Shown piece by piece: positions 28,486-42,800 of a stretch of DNA of 64,000 nt (the stretch's first letter is position 1; every line of letters begins with the position of its first letter). The DNA is taken from assembly GCA_964016885.1 (NCBI GenBank), contig OZ024741.1, positions 32,550,001 through 32,614,000 of the forward strand. Direction: 5' to 3'. The notes below the pieces were generated by a model, which saw only the letters and a program-made list of their open reading frames with translations, was not told the origin of the DNA and did no database searches. Made by a program: the position numbers and the translations under genes. The stretch is from Eledone cirrhosa. Its lineage: Eukaryota.

Positions 28486-31400
28486 ATATTTGTATTTATT
28501 CCAGATGTAATAAGCCTACATTTCGCAGTTGTTATACAGCATGGGTGTATAATATTTGTATTTATTCCAGATGTAATAAGCCTACATATCTCAGTTGTTA
28601 TACAACATGGATTTATAGTATTTGTATTTATTCCAGATGTAATAAGCCTACATATCTCAGATGTTATACAACATGGCTGTATAATATTTGTATTTATTCC
28701 AGATGTAATAAGCCTACATTTCGCAGTTGTTATACAGCATGGCTGTATAATATTTGTATTTATTCCAGATGTAATAAGCCTACATATCTCAGTTGTTATA
28801 CAACATGGCTGTATAATATTTGTATTTATTCCAGACGTAATAAGCCTACATATCTCAGTTGTTAAACAACATGGCTGTATAATATTTGTATTTATTCCAG
28901 ATGTAATAAGCCTACATATCTCAGATGTTATACAACATGGCTGTATAATATTTGTATTTATTCCAGATGTAATAAGCCTACATATCTCAGATGTTATACA
29001 ACATGGCTGTATCATATTTGTATTTATTCCAGATGTAATAAGCCTACATATCTCAGATGTTATACAACATGGCTGTATAATATTTGTATTTATTCCAGAT
29101 GTAATAAGCCTACATTTCGCAGTTGTTATACAGCATGGGTGTATAATATTTGTATTTATTCCAGATGTAATAAGCCTACATATCTCAGTTGTTATACAAC
29201 ATGGCTTTATAGTATTTGTATTTATTCCAGATGTAATAAGCCTACATATCTCAGATGTTATACAACATGGCTTTATAATATTTGTATTTATTCCAGATGT
29301 AATAAGCCTACATTTCGCAGTTGTTATACAGCATGGCTGTATAATATTTGTATTTATTCCAGATGTAATAAGCCTACATATCTCAGTTGTTATACAATAT
29401 GGCTGTATAATATTTGTATTTAATCCAGACGTAATAAGCCTACATATCTCAGTTGTTAAACAACATGGCTGTATAATATTTGTATTTATTCCAGATGTAA
29501 TAAGCCTACATATCTCAGTTGTTATACAACATGGCTGTATAATATTTGTATTTATTCCAGATGTAATAAGCCTACATATCTCAGATGTTATACAACATGG
29601 CTGTATACTATTTGTATTTATTCCAGATGTAATAAGCCTACATATCTCAGTTGTTATACGACATGGCTGTATAATATTTGTATTTATTGCATATGTAATA
29701 AGCCTACATATCTCAGTTGTTATACAACATGGCTGTATAATATTTGTATTTATTCCAGATGTAATAAGCCTACATATCTCAGTTGTTATACAACATGGCT
29801 GTATAATATTTGTATTTATTCCAGATGTAATATGCCTACATATCTCAGATGTTATACAACATGGCTGTATAATATTTGTATTTATTCCAGCTGTAATAAG
29901 CCTACATTTCGCAGTTGTTATACAGCATGGCTGTATAATATTTGTATTTATTCCAGATGTAATAAGCCTACATATCTCAGATGTTATACAACATGGCTGT
30001 ATAATATTTGTATTTATTCCAGATGTATTAAGACTACATTTAGCAGTTGTTATACAGCATGGCTGTATAATATTTGTATTTATTCCAGATGTAATAAGCC
30101 TACATATCTCAGATGTTATAAAACATGGCTGTATAATATTTGTATTTATTCCAGATGTAATAAGCCTACACATCTCAGATGTTATACGACATGGCTGTAT
30201 AATATTTGTATTTATTCCAGATGTAATAAGCCTACATATCTCAGATGTTATACAACATGGCTGTATAATATTTGTATTTATTCCAGATGTAATAAGCCTA
30301 CATATCTCAGATGTTATACAACATGGCTGTATAATATTTGTATTTATTCCAGATGTAATAAGCCTACATATCTCAGATGTTATACAACATGGCTGTATAA
30401 TATTTGTATTTATTCCAGATGTATTAAGACTACATTTAGCAGTTGTTATACAGCATGGCTGTATAATATTTGTATTTATTCCAGATGTAATAAGCCTACA
30501 TATCTCAGATGTTATAAAACATGGCTGTATAATATTTGTATTTATTCCAGATGTAATAAGCCTACACATCTCAGATGTTATACGACATGGCTGTATAATA
30601 TTTGTATTTATTCCAGATGTAATAAGCCTACATATCTCAGATGTTATACAACATGGCTGTATAATATTTGTATTTATTCCAGATGTAATAAGCCTACATA
30701 TCTCAGATGTTATACAACATGGCTGTATAATATTTGTATTTATTCCAGATGTAATAAGCTTACATATCTCAGTTGTTATACAACATGGCTGTATACTATT
30801 TGTATTTATTCGAGATGTAATAAGCCTACATATCTCAGTTGTTATACAACATGGCTGTATAATATTTGTATTTATTCCAGACGTAATAAGCCTACATATC
30901 TCAGTTGTTATACAACATGGCTGTATAATATTTGTATTTATTCCAGATGTAATAAGCCTACATATCTCAGATGTTATACAACATGGCTGTATAATATTTT
31001 TATTTATTCCAGATGTAATAACCCTACATTTCCCAGTTGTTATACAGCATGGCTGTATAATATTTGTATTTATTCCAGATGTAATAAGCCTACATATCTC
31101 AGGTGTTATACAACATGGCTGTATAATATTTGTATTTATTGCAGATGTAATAAGCCTACATATCTCAGATGTTATACAACATGGCTGTACACTATTTGTA
31201 TTTATTCCAGATTTAATAAGCCTACATATCTCAGATGTTATACAACGTGGCTGTATAATATTTGTATTAATTCCAGATGTAATAAGCCTACATATCTGAG
31301 ATGTTATACAACATGGCTGTATAATGTTTGTATTTATTCCAGATGTAATAAGCCTACATATCTCAGTTGTTATACAACATGTCTGTATAATATTTGTATT

Positions 31401-34400
31401 TATTCCAGATGTAATAAGCCTACATATCTCAGTTGTTATACAACATGGCTGTATAATATTTGTATTTATTCCAGATGTAATAAGCCTACATATCTCAGTT
31501 GTTATACAACATGTCTGTATAATATTTGTATTTATTCCAGATGTAATAAGCCTACATATCTCAGTTGTTATACAACATGGCTGTATAATATTTGTATTTA
31601 TTCCAGATGTAATATGCTTACATATCACAGTTGTTATACAACATGGCTGTATAATATTTGTATTTATTCCAGATTTAATAAGCCAACATATCTCAGTTGT
31701 TATACAACATGTCTGTATAATATTTGTATTTATTCCAGATGTAATAAGCCTACATATCTCAGTTGTTATACAACATGGCTGTATAATATTTGTATTTATT
31801 CCAGATGTAATATGCCTACATATCTCAGTTGTTATACAACATGGCTGTATAATATTTGTATTTATTCCAGATGTAATAAGCCTACATATCTCAGTTGTTA
31901 TACAACATGGCTGTATAATATTTGTATTTATTCCAGATGTAATAAGCCTACATTTCGCAGCTGTTATACAGCATGGCTGTATAATATTTGTATTTATTCC
32001 AGATGTAATAAGCCTACATATCTCAGATGTTATACAACATGGCTGTATAATATTTGTATTTATTCCAGATGTAATAAGCCTACATTTCGCAGTTGTTATA
32101 CAGCATGGCTGTATAATATTTGTATTTATTCAAGATGTAATAAGCCTACATATCTCAATTGTCATACAACATGGCTGTATAATATTTGTATTTATTCCAG
32201 ATGTAATAAGCCTACATATCTCAGATGTTAAACAACATGGCTGTATACTATTTGTATTTATTCCAGATGTAATAAGCCTACATATCTCAGATGTTATACG
32301 ACATGGCTGTATAATATTTGTATTTATTCCAGATGTAATAAGCCTACATATCTCAGATGTTATACAACATGGCTGTATCATATTTGTATTTATTCCAGAT
32401 GTAATAAGCCTACATATCTCAGTTGTTATACAACATGGCTGTATAATATTTGTGTTTATTGCAGATGTAATAAGCCTACATATCTCAGTTGTTATACAAC
32501 ATGGCTGTATAATATTTGTATTTATTCCAGATGTAATAAGCCTACATATCTCAGTTGTTATACAACATGGCTGTATAATATTTGTATTTATTCCAGATGT
32601 AATAAGCCTACATATCTCAGATGTTATAAAACATGACTGTATACTATTTGTATTTATTCCAGATGTAATAAGCCTACATATCTCAGATGTTATACAACAT
32701 GGCTGTATAATATTTGTATTTATTCCAGATGTAATAAGCCTACATATCTCAGATTTTATACAACATGTCTGTATCATATTTGTATTTATTCCAGATGTAA
32801 TAAGCCTACATTTCGCAGTTGTTATACAGCATGGGTGTATAATATTTGTATTTATTCCAGATGTAATAAGCCTACATATCTCAGTTGTTATACAACATGG
32901 ATTTATAGTATTTGTATTTATTCCAGATGTAATAAGCCTACATATCTCAGATGTTATACAACATGGCTGTATAATATTTGTATTTATTCCAGATGTAATA
33001 AGCCTACATTTCGCAGTTGTTATACAGCATGGCTGTATAATATTTGTATTTATTCCAGATGTAATAAGCCTACATATCTCAGTTGTTATACAACATGGCT
33101 GTATAATATTTGTATTTATTCCAGACGTAATAAGCCTACATATCTCAGTTGTTAAACAACATGGCTGTATAATATTTGTATTTATTCCAGATGTAATAAG
33201 CCTACATATCTCAGATGTTATACAACATGGCTGTATAATATTTGTATTTATTCCAGATGTAATAAGCCTACATATCTCAGATGTTATACAACATGGCTGT
33301 ATCATATTTGTATTTATTCCAGATGTAATAAGCCTACATATCTCAGATGTTATACAACATGGCTGTATAATATTTGTATTTATTCCAGATGTAATAAGCC
33401 TACATTTCGCAGTTGTTATACAGCATGGGTGTATAATATTTGTATTTATTCCAGATGTAATAAGCCTACATATCTCAGTTGTTATACAACATGGCTTTAT
33501 AGTATTTGTATTTATTCCAGATGTAATAAGCCTACATATCTCAGATGTTATACAACATGGCTTTATAATATTTGTATTTATTCCAGATGTAATAAGCCTA
33601 CATTTCGCAGTTGTTATACAGCATGGCTGTATAATATTTGTATTTATTCCAGATGTAATAAGCCTACATATCTCAGTTGTTATACAATATGGCTGTATAA
33701 TATTTGTATTTAATCCAGACGTAATAAGCCTACATATCTCAGTTGTTAAACAACATGGCTGTATAATATTTGTATTTATTCCAGATGTAATAAGCCTACA
33801 TATCTCAGTTGTTATACAACATGGCTGTATAATATTTGTATTTATTCCAGATGTAATAAGCCTACATATCTCAGATGTTATACAACATGGATGTATACTA
33901 TTTGTATTTATTCCAGATGTAATAAGCCTACATATCTCAGTTGTTATACGACATGGCTGTATAATATTTGTATTTATTGCATATGTAATAAGCCTACATA
34001 TCTCAGTTGTTATACAACATGGCTGTATAATATTTGTATTTATTCCAGATGTAATAAGCCTACATATCTCAGTTGTTATACAACATGGCTGTATAATATT
34101 TGTATTTATTCCAGATGTAATATGCCTACATATCTCAGATGTTATACAACATGGCTGTATAATATTTGTATTTATTCCAGCTGTAATAAGCCTACATTTC
34201 GCAGTTGTTATACAGCATGGCTGTATAATATTTGTATTTATTCCAGATGTAATAAGCCTACATATCTCAGATGTTATACAACATGGCTGTATAATATTTG
34301 TATTTATTCCAGATGTATTAAGACTACATTTAGCAGTTGTTATACAGCATGGCTGTATAATATTTGTATTTATTCCAGATGTAATAAGCCTACATATCTC

Positions 34401-37088
34401 AGATGTTATAAAACATGGCTGTATAATATTTGTATTTATTCCAGATGTAATAAGCCTACACATCTCAGATGTTATACGACATGGCTGTATAATATTTGTA
34501 TTTATTCCAGATGTAATAAGCCTACATATCTCAGATGTTATACAACATGGCTGTATAATATTTGTATTTATTCCAGATGTAATAAGCCTACATATCTCAG
34601 ATGTTATACAACATGGCTGTATAATATTTGTATTTATTCCAGATGTAATAAGCCTACATATCTCAGATGTTATACAACATGGCTGTATAATATTTGTATT
34701 TATTCCAGATGTATTAAGACTACATTTAGCAGTTGTTATACAGCATGGCTGTATAATATTTGTATTTATTCCAGATGTAATAAGCCTACATATCTCAGAT
34801 GTTATAAAACATGGCTGTATAATATTTGTATTTATTCCAGATGTAATAAGCCTACACATCTCAGATGTTATACGACATGGCTGTATAATATTTGTATTTA
34901 TTCCAGATGTAATAAGCCTACATATCTCAGATGTTATACAACATGGCTGTATAATATTTGTATTTATTCCAGATGTAATAAGCCTACATATCTCAGATGT
35001 TATACAACATGGCTGTATAATATTTGTATTTATTCCAGATGTAATAAGCTTACATATCTCAGTTGTTATACAACATGGCTGTATACTATTTGTATTTATT
35101 CGAGATGTAATAAGCCTACATATCTCAGTTGTTATACAACATGGCTGTATAATATTTGTATTTATTCCAGACGTAATAAGCCTACATATCTCAGTTGTTA
35201 TACAACATGGCTGTATAATATTTGTATTTATTCCAGATGTAATAAGCCTACATATCTCAGATGTTATACAACATGGCTGTATAATATTTTTATTTATTCC
35301 AGATGTAATAACCCTACATTTCCCAGTTGTTATACAGCATGGCTGTATAATATTTGTATTTATTCCAGATGTAATAAGCCTACATATCTCAGGTGTTATA
35401 CAACATGGCTGTATAATATTTGTATTTATTGCAGATGTAATAAGCCTACATATCTCAGATGTTATACAACATGGCTGTACACTATTTGTATTTATTCCAG
35501 ATTTAATAAGCCTACATATCTCAGATGTTATACAACGTGGCTGTATAATATTTGTATTAATTCCAGATGTAATAAGCCTACATATCTGAGATGTTATACA
35601 ACATGGCTGTATAATGTTTGTATTTATTCCAGATGTAATAAGCCTACATATCTCAGTTGTTATACAACATGTCTGTATAATATTTGTATTTATTCCAGAT
35701 GTAATAAGCCTACATATCTCAGTTGTTATACAACATGGCTGTATAATATTTGTATTTATTCCAGATGTAATAAGCCTACATATCTCAGTTGTTATACAAC
35801 ATGTCTGTATAATATTTGTATTTATTCCAGATGTAATAAGCCTACATATCTCAGTTGTTATACAACATGGCTGTATAATATTTGTATTTATTCCAGATGT
35901 AATATGCTTACATATCACAGTTGTTATACAACATGGCTGTATAATATTTGTATTTATTCCAGATTTAATAAGCCAACATATCTCAGTTGTTATACAACAT
36001 GTCTGTATAATATTTGTATTTATTCCAGATGTAATAAGCCTACATATCTCAGTTGTTATACAACATGGCTGTATAATATTTGTATTTATTCCAGATGTAA
36101 TATGCCTACATATCTCAGTTGTTATACAACATGGCTGTATAATATTTGTATTTATTCCAGATGTAATAAGCCTACATATCTCAGTTGTTATACAACATGG
36201 CTGTATAATATTTGTATTTATTCCAGATGTAATAAGCCTACATTTCGCAGCTGTTATACAGCATGGCTGTATAATATTTGTATTTATTCCAGATGTAATA
36301 AGCCTACATATCTCAGATGTTATACAACATGGCTGTATAATATTTGTATTTATTCCAGATGTAATAAGCCTACATTTCGCAGTTGTTATACAGCATGGCT
36401 GTATAATATTTGTATTTATTCAAGATGTAATAAGCCTACATATCTCAATTGTCATACAACATGGCTGTATAATATTTGTATTTATTCCAGATGTAATAAG
36501 CCTACATATCTCAGATGTTAAACAACATGGCTGTATACTATTTGTATTTATTCCAGATGTAATAAGCCTACATATCTCAGATGTTATACGACATGGCTGT
36601 ATAATATTTGTATTTATTCCAGATGTAATAAGCCTACATATCTCAGATGTTATACAACATGGCTGTATCATATTTGTATTTATTCCAGATGTAATAAGCC
36701 TACATATCTCAGTTGTTATACAACATGGCTGTATAATATTTGTGTTTATTGCAGATGTAATAAGCCTACATATCTCAGTTGTTATACAACATGGCTGTAT
36801 AATATTTGTATTTATTCCAGATGTAATAAGCCTACATATCTCAGTTGTTATACAACATGGCTGTATAATATTTGTATTTATTCCAGATGTAATAAGCCTA
36901 CATATCTCAGATGTTATAAAACATGACTGTATACTATTTGTATTTATTCCAGATGTAATAAGCCTACATATCTCAGATGTTATACAACATGGCTGTATAA
37001 TATTTGTATTTATTCCAGATGTAATAAGCCTACATATCTCAGATTTTATACAACATGTCTGTATCATATTTGTATTTATTCCAGATGT
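28486..37088. repeat. Tandem duplication of a 65-monomer block (offset 4290 bp)
   Basis: ORF landmarks 31324/35614, 31628/35918, 29139/33429. The private variant CATGACTG occurs near 32632 and 36922. One visible difference (33891 A vs 29601 C). Confidence 0.92.
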
Positions 37089-37490
37089 CATAAGCCTACA
37101 TATCTCAGTTGTTATACAACATGGCTGTATAATATTTGTATTTATTGCACATGTAATAAGCCTACATATCTCAGTTGTTATACAACATGGCTGTATAATA
37201 TTTGTATTTATTCCAGATGTAATAAGCCTACATATCTCAGTTGTTATACAACATGGCTGTATAATATTTGTATTTATTCCAGATGTAATAAGCCTACATA
37301 TTATCAGTTTTTATACAACATGGCTGTATAATATTTGTAATTCTTCCAGATGTAATAAGCCTACATATCTCAGTTGTTATTCAACATGGCTGTATAATAT
37401 TTGTATTTATTCCAGATGTAATAAGCCTACATATCTCAGTTGTTATACAACATGGCTGTATAATATTTGTATTTATTCCAGATGTAATAA

Positions 37491-37553
37491 GCCTACATAT
37501 CTCAGATGTTATACATGGCTGTATAATATTTGTATTTATTCCAGATGTAATAA
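37491..37553. other. 63-bp monomer (3-bp deletion)
   Basis: ATACATGG instead of ATACAACATGG at 37511-37518. Visible as CYTWLY instead of CYTTWLY in the ORF track. Confidence 0.95.
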
Positions 37554-39895
37554 GCCTACATTTCGCAGTTGTTATACAGCATGGCTGTATAATATTTGTA
37601 TTTATTCCAGATGTAATAAGCCTACATATCTCAGATGTTATACAACATGGCTGTATAATATTTGTATTTATTCCAGATGTATTAAGACTACATTTCGCAG
37701 TTGTTATACAGCATGGCTGTATAATATTTGTATTTATTCCAGATGTAATAAGCCTACATATCTCAGATGTTATACAACATGGCTGTATAATATTTGTATT
37801 TATTCCAGATGTAATAAGCCTACATATCTCAGATGTTATACGACATGGCTGTATAATATTTGTACTTATTCCAGATGTAATAAGCCTACATATCTCAGAT
37901 GTTATACAACATGTCTGTATAATATTTGTATTTATCCCAGATGTAATAAGCCTACATATCTCAGATGTTATACAACATGGCTGTATAATATTTGTATTTA
38001 TTCCAGATGTAATAAGCCTACATATCTCAGATGTTATACAACATGGCTGTATAATATTTGTATTTATTCCAGATTTAATAAGCCTACATTTCGCAGTTGT
38101 TATACAGCATGGGTGTATAATATTTGTATTTATTCCAGATGTAATAAGCCTACATATCTCAGTTGTTATACAACATGGATTTATAGTATTTGTATTTATT
38201 CCAGATGTAATAAGCCTACATATCTCAGATGTTATACAACATGGCTGTATAATATTTGTATTTATTCCAGATGTAATAAGCCTACATTTCGCAGTTGTTA
38301 TACAGCATGGCTGTATAATATTTGTATTTATTCCAGATGTAATAAGCCTACATATCTCAGTTGTTATACAACATGGCTGTATAATATTTGTATTTATTCC
38401 AGACGTAATAAGCCTACATATCTCAGTTGTTAAACAACATGGCTGTATAATATTTGTATTTATTCCAGATGTAATAAGCCTACATATCTCAGATGTTATA
38501 CAACATGGCTGTATAATATTTGTATTTATTCCAGATGTAATAAGCCTACATATCTCAGATGTTATACAACATGGCTGTATCATATTTGTATTTATTCCAG
38601 ATGTAATAAGCCTACATATCTCAGATGTTATACAACATGGCTGTATAATATTTGTATTTATTCCAGATGTAATAAGCCTACATATCGCAGTTGTTATACA
38701 GCATGGGTGTATAATATTTGTATTTATTCCAGATGTAATAAGCCTACATATCTCAGTTGTTATACAACATGGCTTTATAGTATTTGTATTTATTCCAGAT
38801 GTAATAAGCCTACATATCTCAGATGTTATACAACATGGCTTTATAATATTTGTATTTATTCCAGATGTAATAAGCCTACATTTCGCAGTTGTTATACAGC
38901 ATGGCTGTATAATATTTGTATTTATTCCAGATGTAATAAGCCTACATATCTCAGTTGTTATACAATATGGCTGTATAATATTTGTATTTATTCCAGACGT
39001 AATAAGCCTACATATCTCAGTTGTTAAACAACATGGCTGTATAATATTTGTATTTATTCCAGATGTAATAAGCCTACATATCTCAGATGTTATACAACAT
39101 GGCTGTATCATATTTGTATTTATTCCAGATGTAATAAGCCTACATATCTCAGATGTTATACAACATGGCTGTATAATATTTGTATTTATTCCAGATGTAA
39201 TAAGCCTACGTATCTCAGTTTTTATACAACATGGCTGTATAATATTTGTAATTATTCCAGATGTAATAAGCCTACATATCTCAGTTGTTATACAACATGG
39301 CTGTATAATATTTGTATTTATTCCAGATGTAATAAGCCTACATATCTCAGATGTTATACAACATGGCTGTATAATATTTGTATTTATTCCAGATGTAATA
39401 AGCCTACATTTCGCAGTTGTTATACAGCATGGCTGTATAATATTTGTATTTATTCCAGATGTAATAAGCCTACATATCTCAGATGTTATACAACATGGCT
39501 GTATAATATTTGTATTTATTCCAGATGTATTAAGACTACATTTTGCAGTTGTTATACAGCATGGCTGTATAATGTTTGTATTTATTCCAGATGTAATAAG
39601 CCTACGTATCTCAGTTTTTATACAACATGGCTGTATAATATTTGTAATTATTCCAGATGTAATAAGCCTACATATCTCAGTTGTTATACAACATGGCTGT
39701 ATAATATTTGTATTTATTCCAGATGTAATAAGCCTACATATCTCAGATGTTATACAACATGGCTGTATAATATTTGTATTTATTGCAGATGTAATAAGCC
39801 TACATATCTCAGATGTTATACAACATGGCTGTACACTATTTGTATTTATTCCAGATGTAATAAGCCTACATATCTCAGATGTTATACAACGTGGC

Positions 39896-42800
39896 TGTAT
39901 AATATTTGTATTAATTCCAGATGTAATAAGCCTACATATCTGAGATGTTATACAACATGGCTGTATAATGTTTGTATTTATTCCAGATGTAATAAGCCTA
40001 CATATCTCAGTTTTTATACAACATGGCTGTATAATATTTGTATTTATTGCAGATGTAATAAGCCTACATATCTCAGTTGTTATACAACATGGCTGTATAA
40101 TATTTGTATTTATTGCACATGTAATAAGCCTACATATCTCAGTTGTTATACAACATGGCTGTATAATATTTGTATTTATTCCAGATGTAGTAAGCCTACA
40201 TATCTCAGATGTTATACAACATGGCTGTATAATATTTGTATTTATTCCAGATGTAATAAGACTACATATCTCAGATGTTATACAACATGGCTGTATAATA
40301 TTTGTATTTATTCCAGATGTAATAAGCCTACATATCTCAGTTGTTATACAACATGTCTCTATAATATTTGTATTTATTCCAGATGTTATAAGCCTACATA
40401 TCTCAGTTGTTATACAACATGGCTGTATAATATTTGTATTTATTCCAGATGTAATAAGCCTACATATCTCAGATGTTATACAACATGTCTGTATAATATT
40501 TGTATTTATTCCAGATGTAATAAGCCTACATATCTCAGTTGTTATACAACATGGCTGTATAATATTTGTATTTATTCCGGATGTAATATGCTTACATATC
40601 ACTGTTGTTATACAACATGGCTGTATAATATTTGTATTTATTCCAGATTTAATAAGCCAACATATCTCAGTTGTTATACAACATGTCTGTATAATATTTG
40701 TATTTATTCCAGATGTAATAAGCCTACATATCTCAGTTGTTATACAACATGGCTGTATAATATTTGTATTTATTCCAGATGTAATATGCCTACATATCTC
40801 AGTTGTTATACAACATGGCTGTATAATATTTGTATTTATTCCAGATGTAATAAGCCTACATATCTCAGTTGTTATACAACATGGCTGTATAATATTTGTA
40901 TTTATTCCAGATGTAATAAGCCTACATTTAGCAGCTGTTATACAGCATGGCTGTATAATATTTGTATTTATTCCAGATGTAATAAGCCTACATATCTCAG
41001 ATGTTATACAACATGGCTGTATAATATTTGTATTTATTCCAGATGTAATAAGCCTACATTTCGCAGTTGTTATACAGCATGGCCTTATAATATTTGTATT
41101 TATTCAAGATGTAATAAGCCTACATATCTCAATTGTCATACAACATGGCTGTATAATATTTGTATTTATTCCAGATGTAATAAGCCTACATATCTCAGAT
41201 GTTATACAACATGGCTGTATACTATTTGTATTTATTCCAGATGTAATAAGCCTACATATCTCAGATGTTATACGACATGGCTGTATAATATTTGTATTTA
41301 TTCCAGATGTAATAAGCCTACATATCTCAGATGTTATACAACATGGCTGTATCATATTTGTATTTATTCCAGATGTAATAAGCCTACATATCTCAGTTGT
41401 TATACAACATGGCTGTATAATATTTGTGTTTATTGCAGATGTAATAAGCCTACATATCTCAGTTGTTATACAACATGGCTGTATAATATTTGTATTTATT
41501 CCAGATGTAATAAGCCTACATATCTCAGTTGTTATACAACATGGCTGTATAATATTTGTATTTATTCCAGATGTAATAAGCCTACATATCTCAGATGTTA
41601 TAAAACATGGCTGTATACTATTTGTATTTATTCCAGATGTAATAAGCCTACATATCTCAGATGTTATACAACATGGCTGTATAATATTTGTATTTATTCC
41701 AGATGTAATAAGCCTACATATCTCAGATTTTATACAACATGTCTGTATCATATTTGTATTTATTCCAGATGTCATAAGCCTACATATCTCAGTTGTTATA
41801 CAACATGGCTGTATAATATTTGTATTTATTGCACATGTAATAAGCCTACATATCTCAGTTGTTATACAACATGGCTGTATAATATTTGTATTTATTCCAG
41901 ATGTAATAAGCCTACATATCTCAGTTGTTATACAACATGGCTGTATAATATTTGTATTTATTCCAGATGTAATAAGCCTACATATTATCAGTTTTTATAC
42001 AACATGGCTGTATAATATTTGTAATTCTTCCAGATGTAATAAGCCTACATATCTCAGTTGTTATTCAACATGGCTGTATAATATTTGTATTTATTCCAGA
42101 TGTAATAAGCCTACATATCTCAGTTGTTATACAACATGGCTGTATAATATTTGTATTTATTCCAGATGTAATAAGCCTACATATCTCAGATGTTATACAA
42201 CATGGCTGTATAATATTTGTATTTATTCCAGATGTAATAAGCCTACATTTCGCAGTTGTTATACAGCATGGCTGTATAATATTTGTATTTATTCCAGATG
42301 TAATAAGCCTACATATCTCAGATGTTATACAACATGGCTGTATAATATTTGTATTTATTCCAGATGTATTAAGACTACATTTCGCAGTTGTTATACAGCA
42401 TGGCTGTATAATATTTGTATTTATTCCAGATGTAATAAGCCTACATATCTCAGATGTTATACAACATGGCTGTATCATATTTGTGTTTATTGCAGATGTA
42501 ATAAGCCTACATATCTCAGTTGTTATACAACATGGCTGTATAATATTTGTATTTATTCCAGATGTAATAAGCCTACATATCTCAGTTGTTATACAACATG
42601 GCTGTATAATATTTGTATTTATTCCAGATGTAATAAGCCTACATATCTCAGATGTTATAAAACATGGCTGTATACTATTTGTATTTATTCCAGATGTAAT
42701 AAGCCTACATATCTCAGATGTTATACAACATGGCTGTATAATATTTGTATTTATTCCAGATGTAATAAGCCTACATATCTCAGATTTTATACAACATGTC

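Larger units (their letters stand above)
22188..29825. repeat. Tandem duplication with offset 4159 bp (63 monomers +1); the first copy carries an extra internal 11-monomer duplication
   Basis: GATTTAATAAGCCAAC at 22232/26391, +1 insertion monomer at 23571/27730, identical 223-aa minus ORFs at 22690 and 26849. After about 25425 the match continues at offset 3433 (4159-726). Confidence 0.88.
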
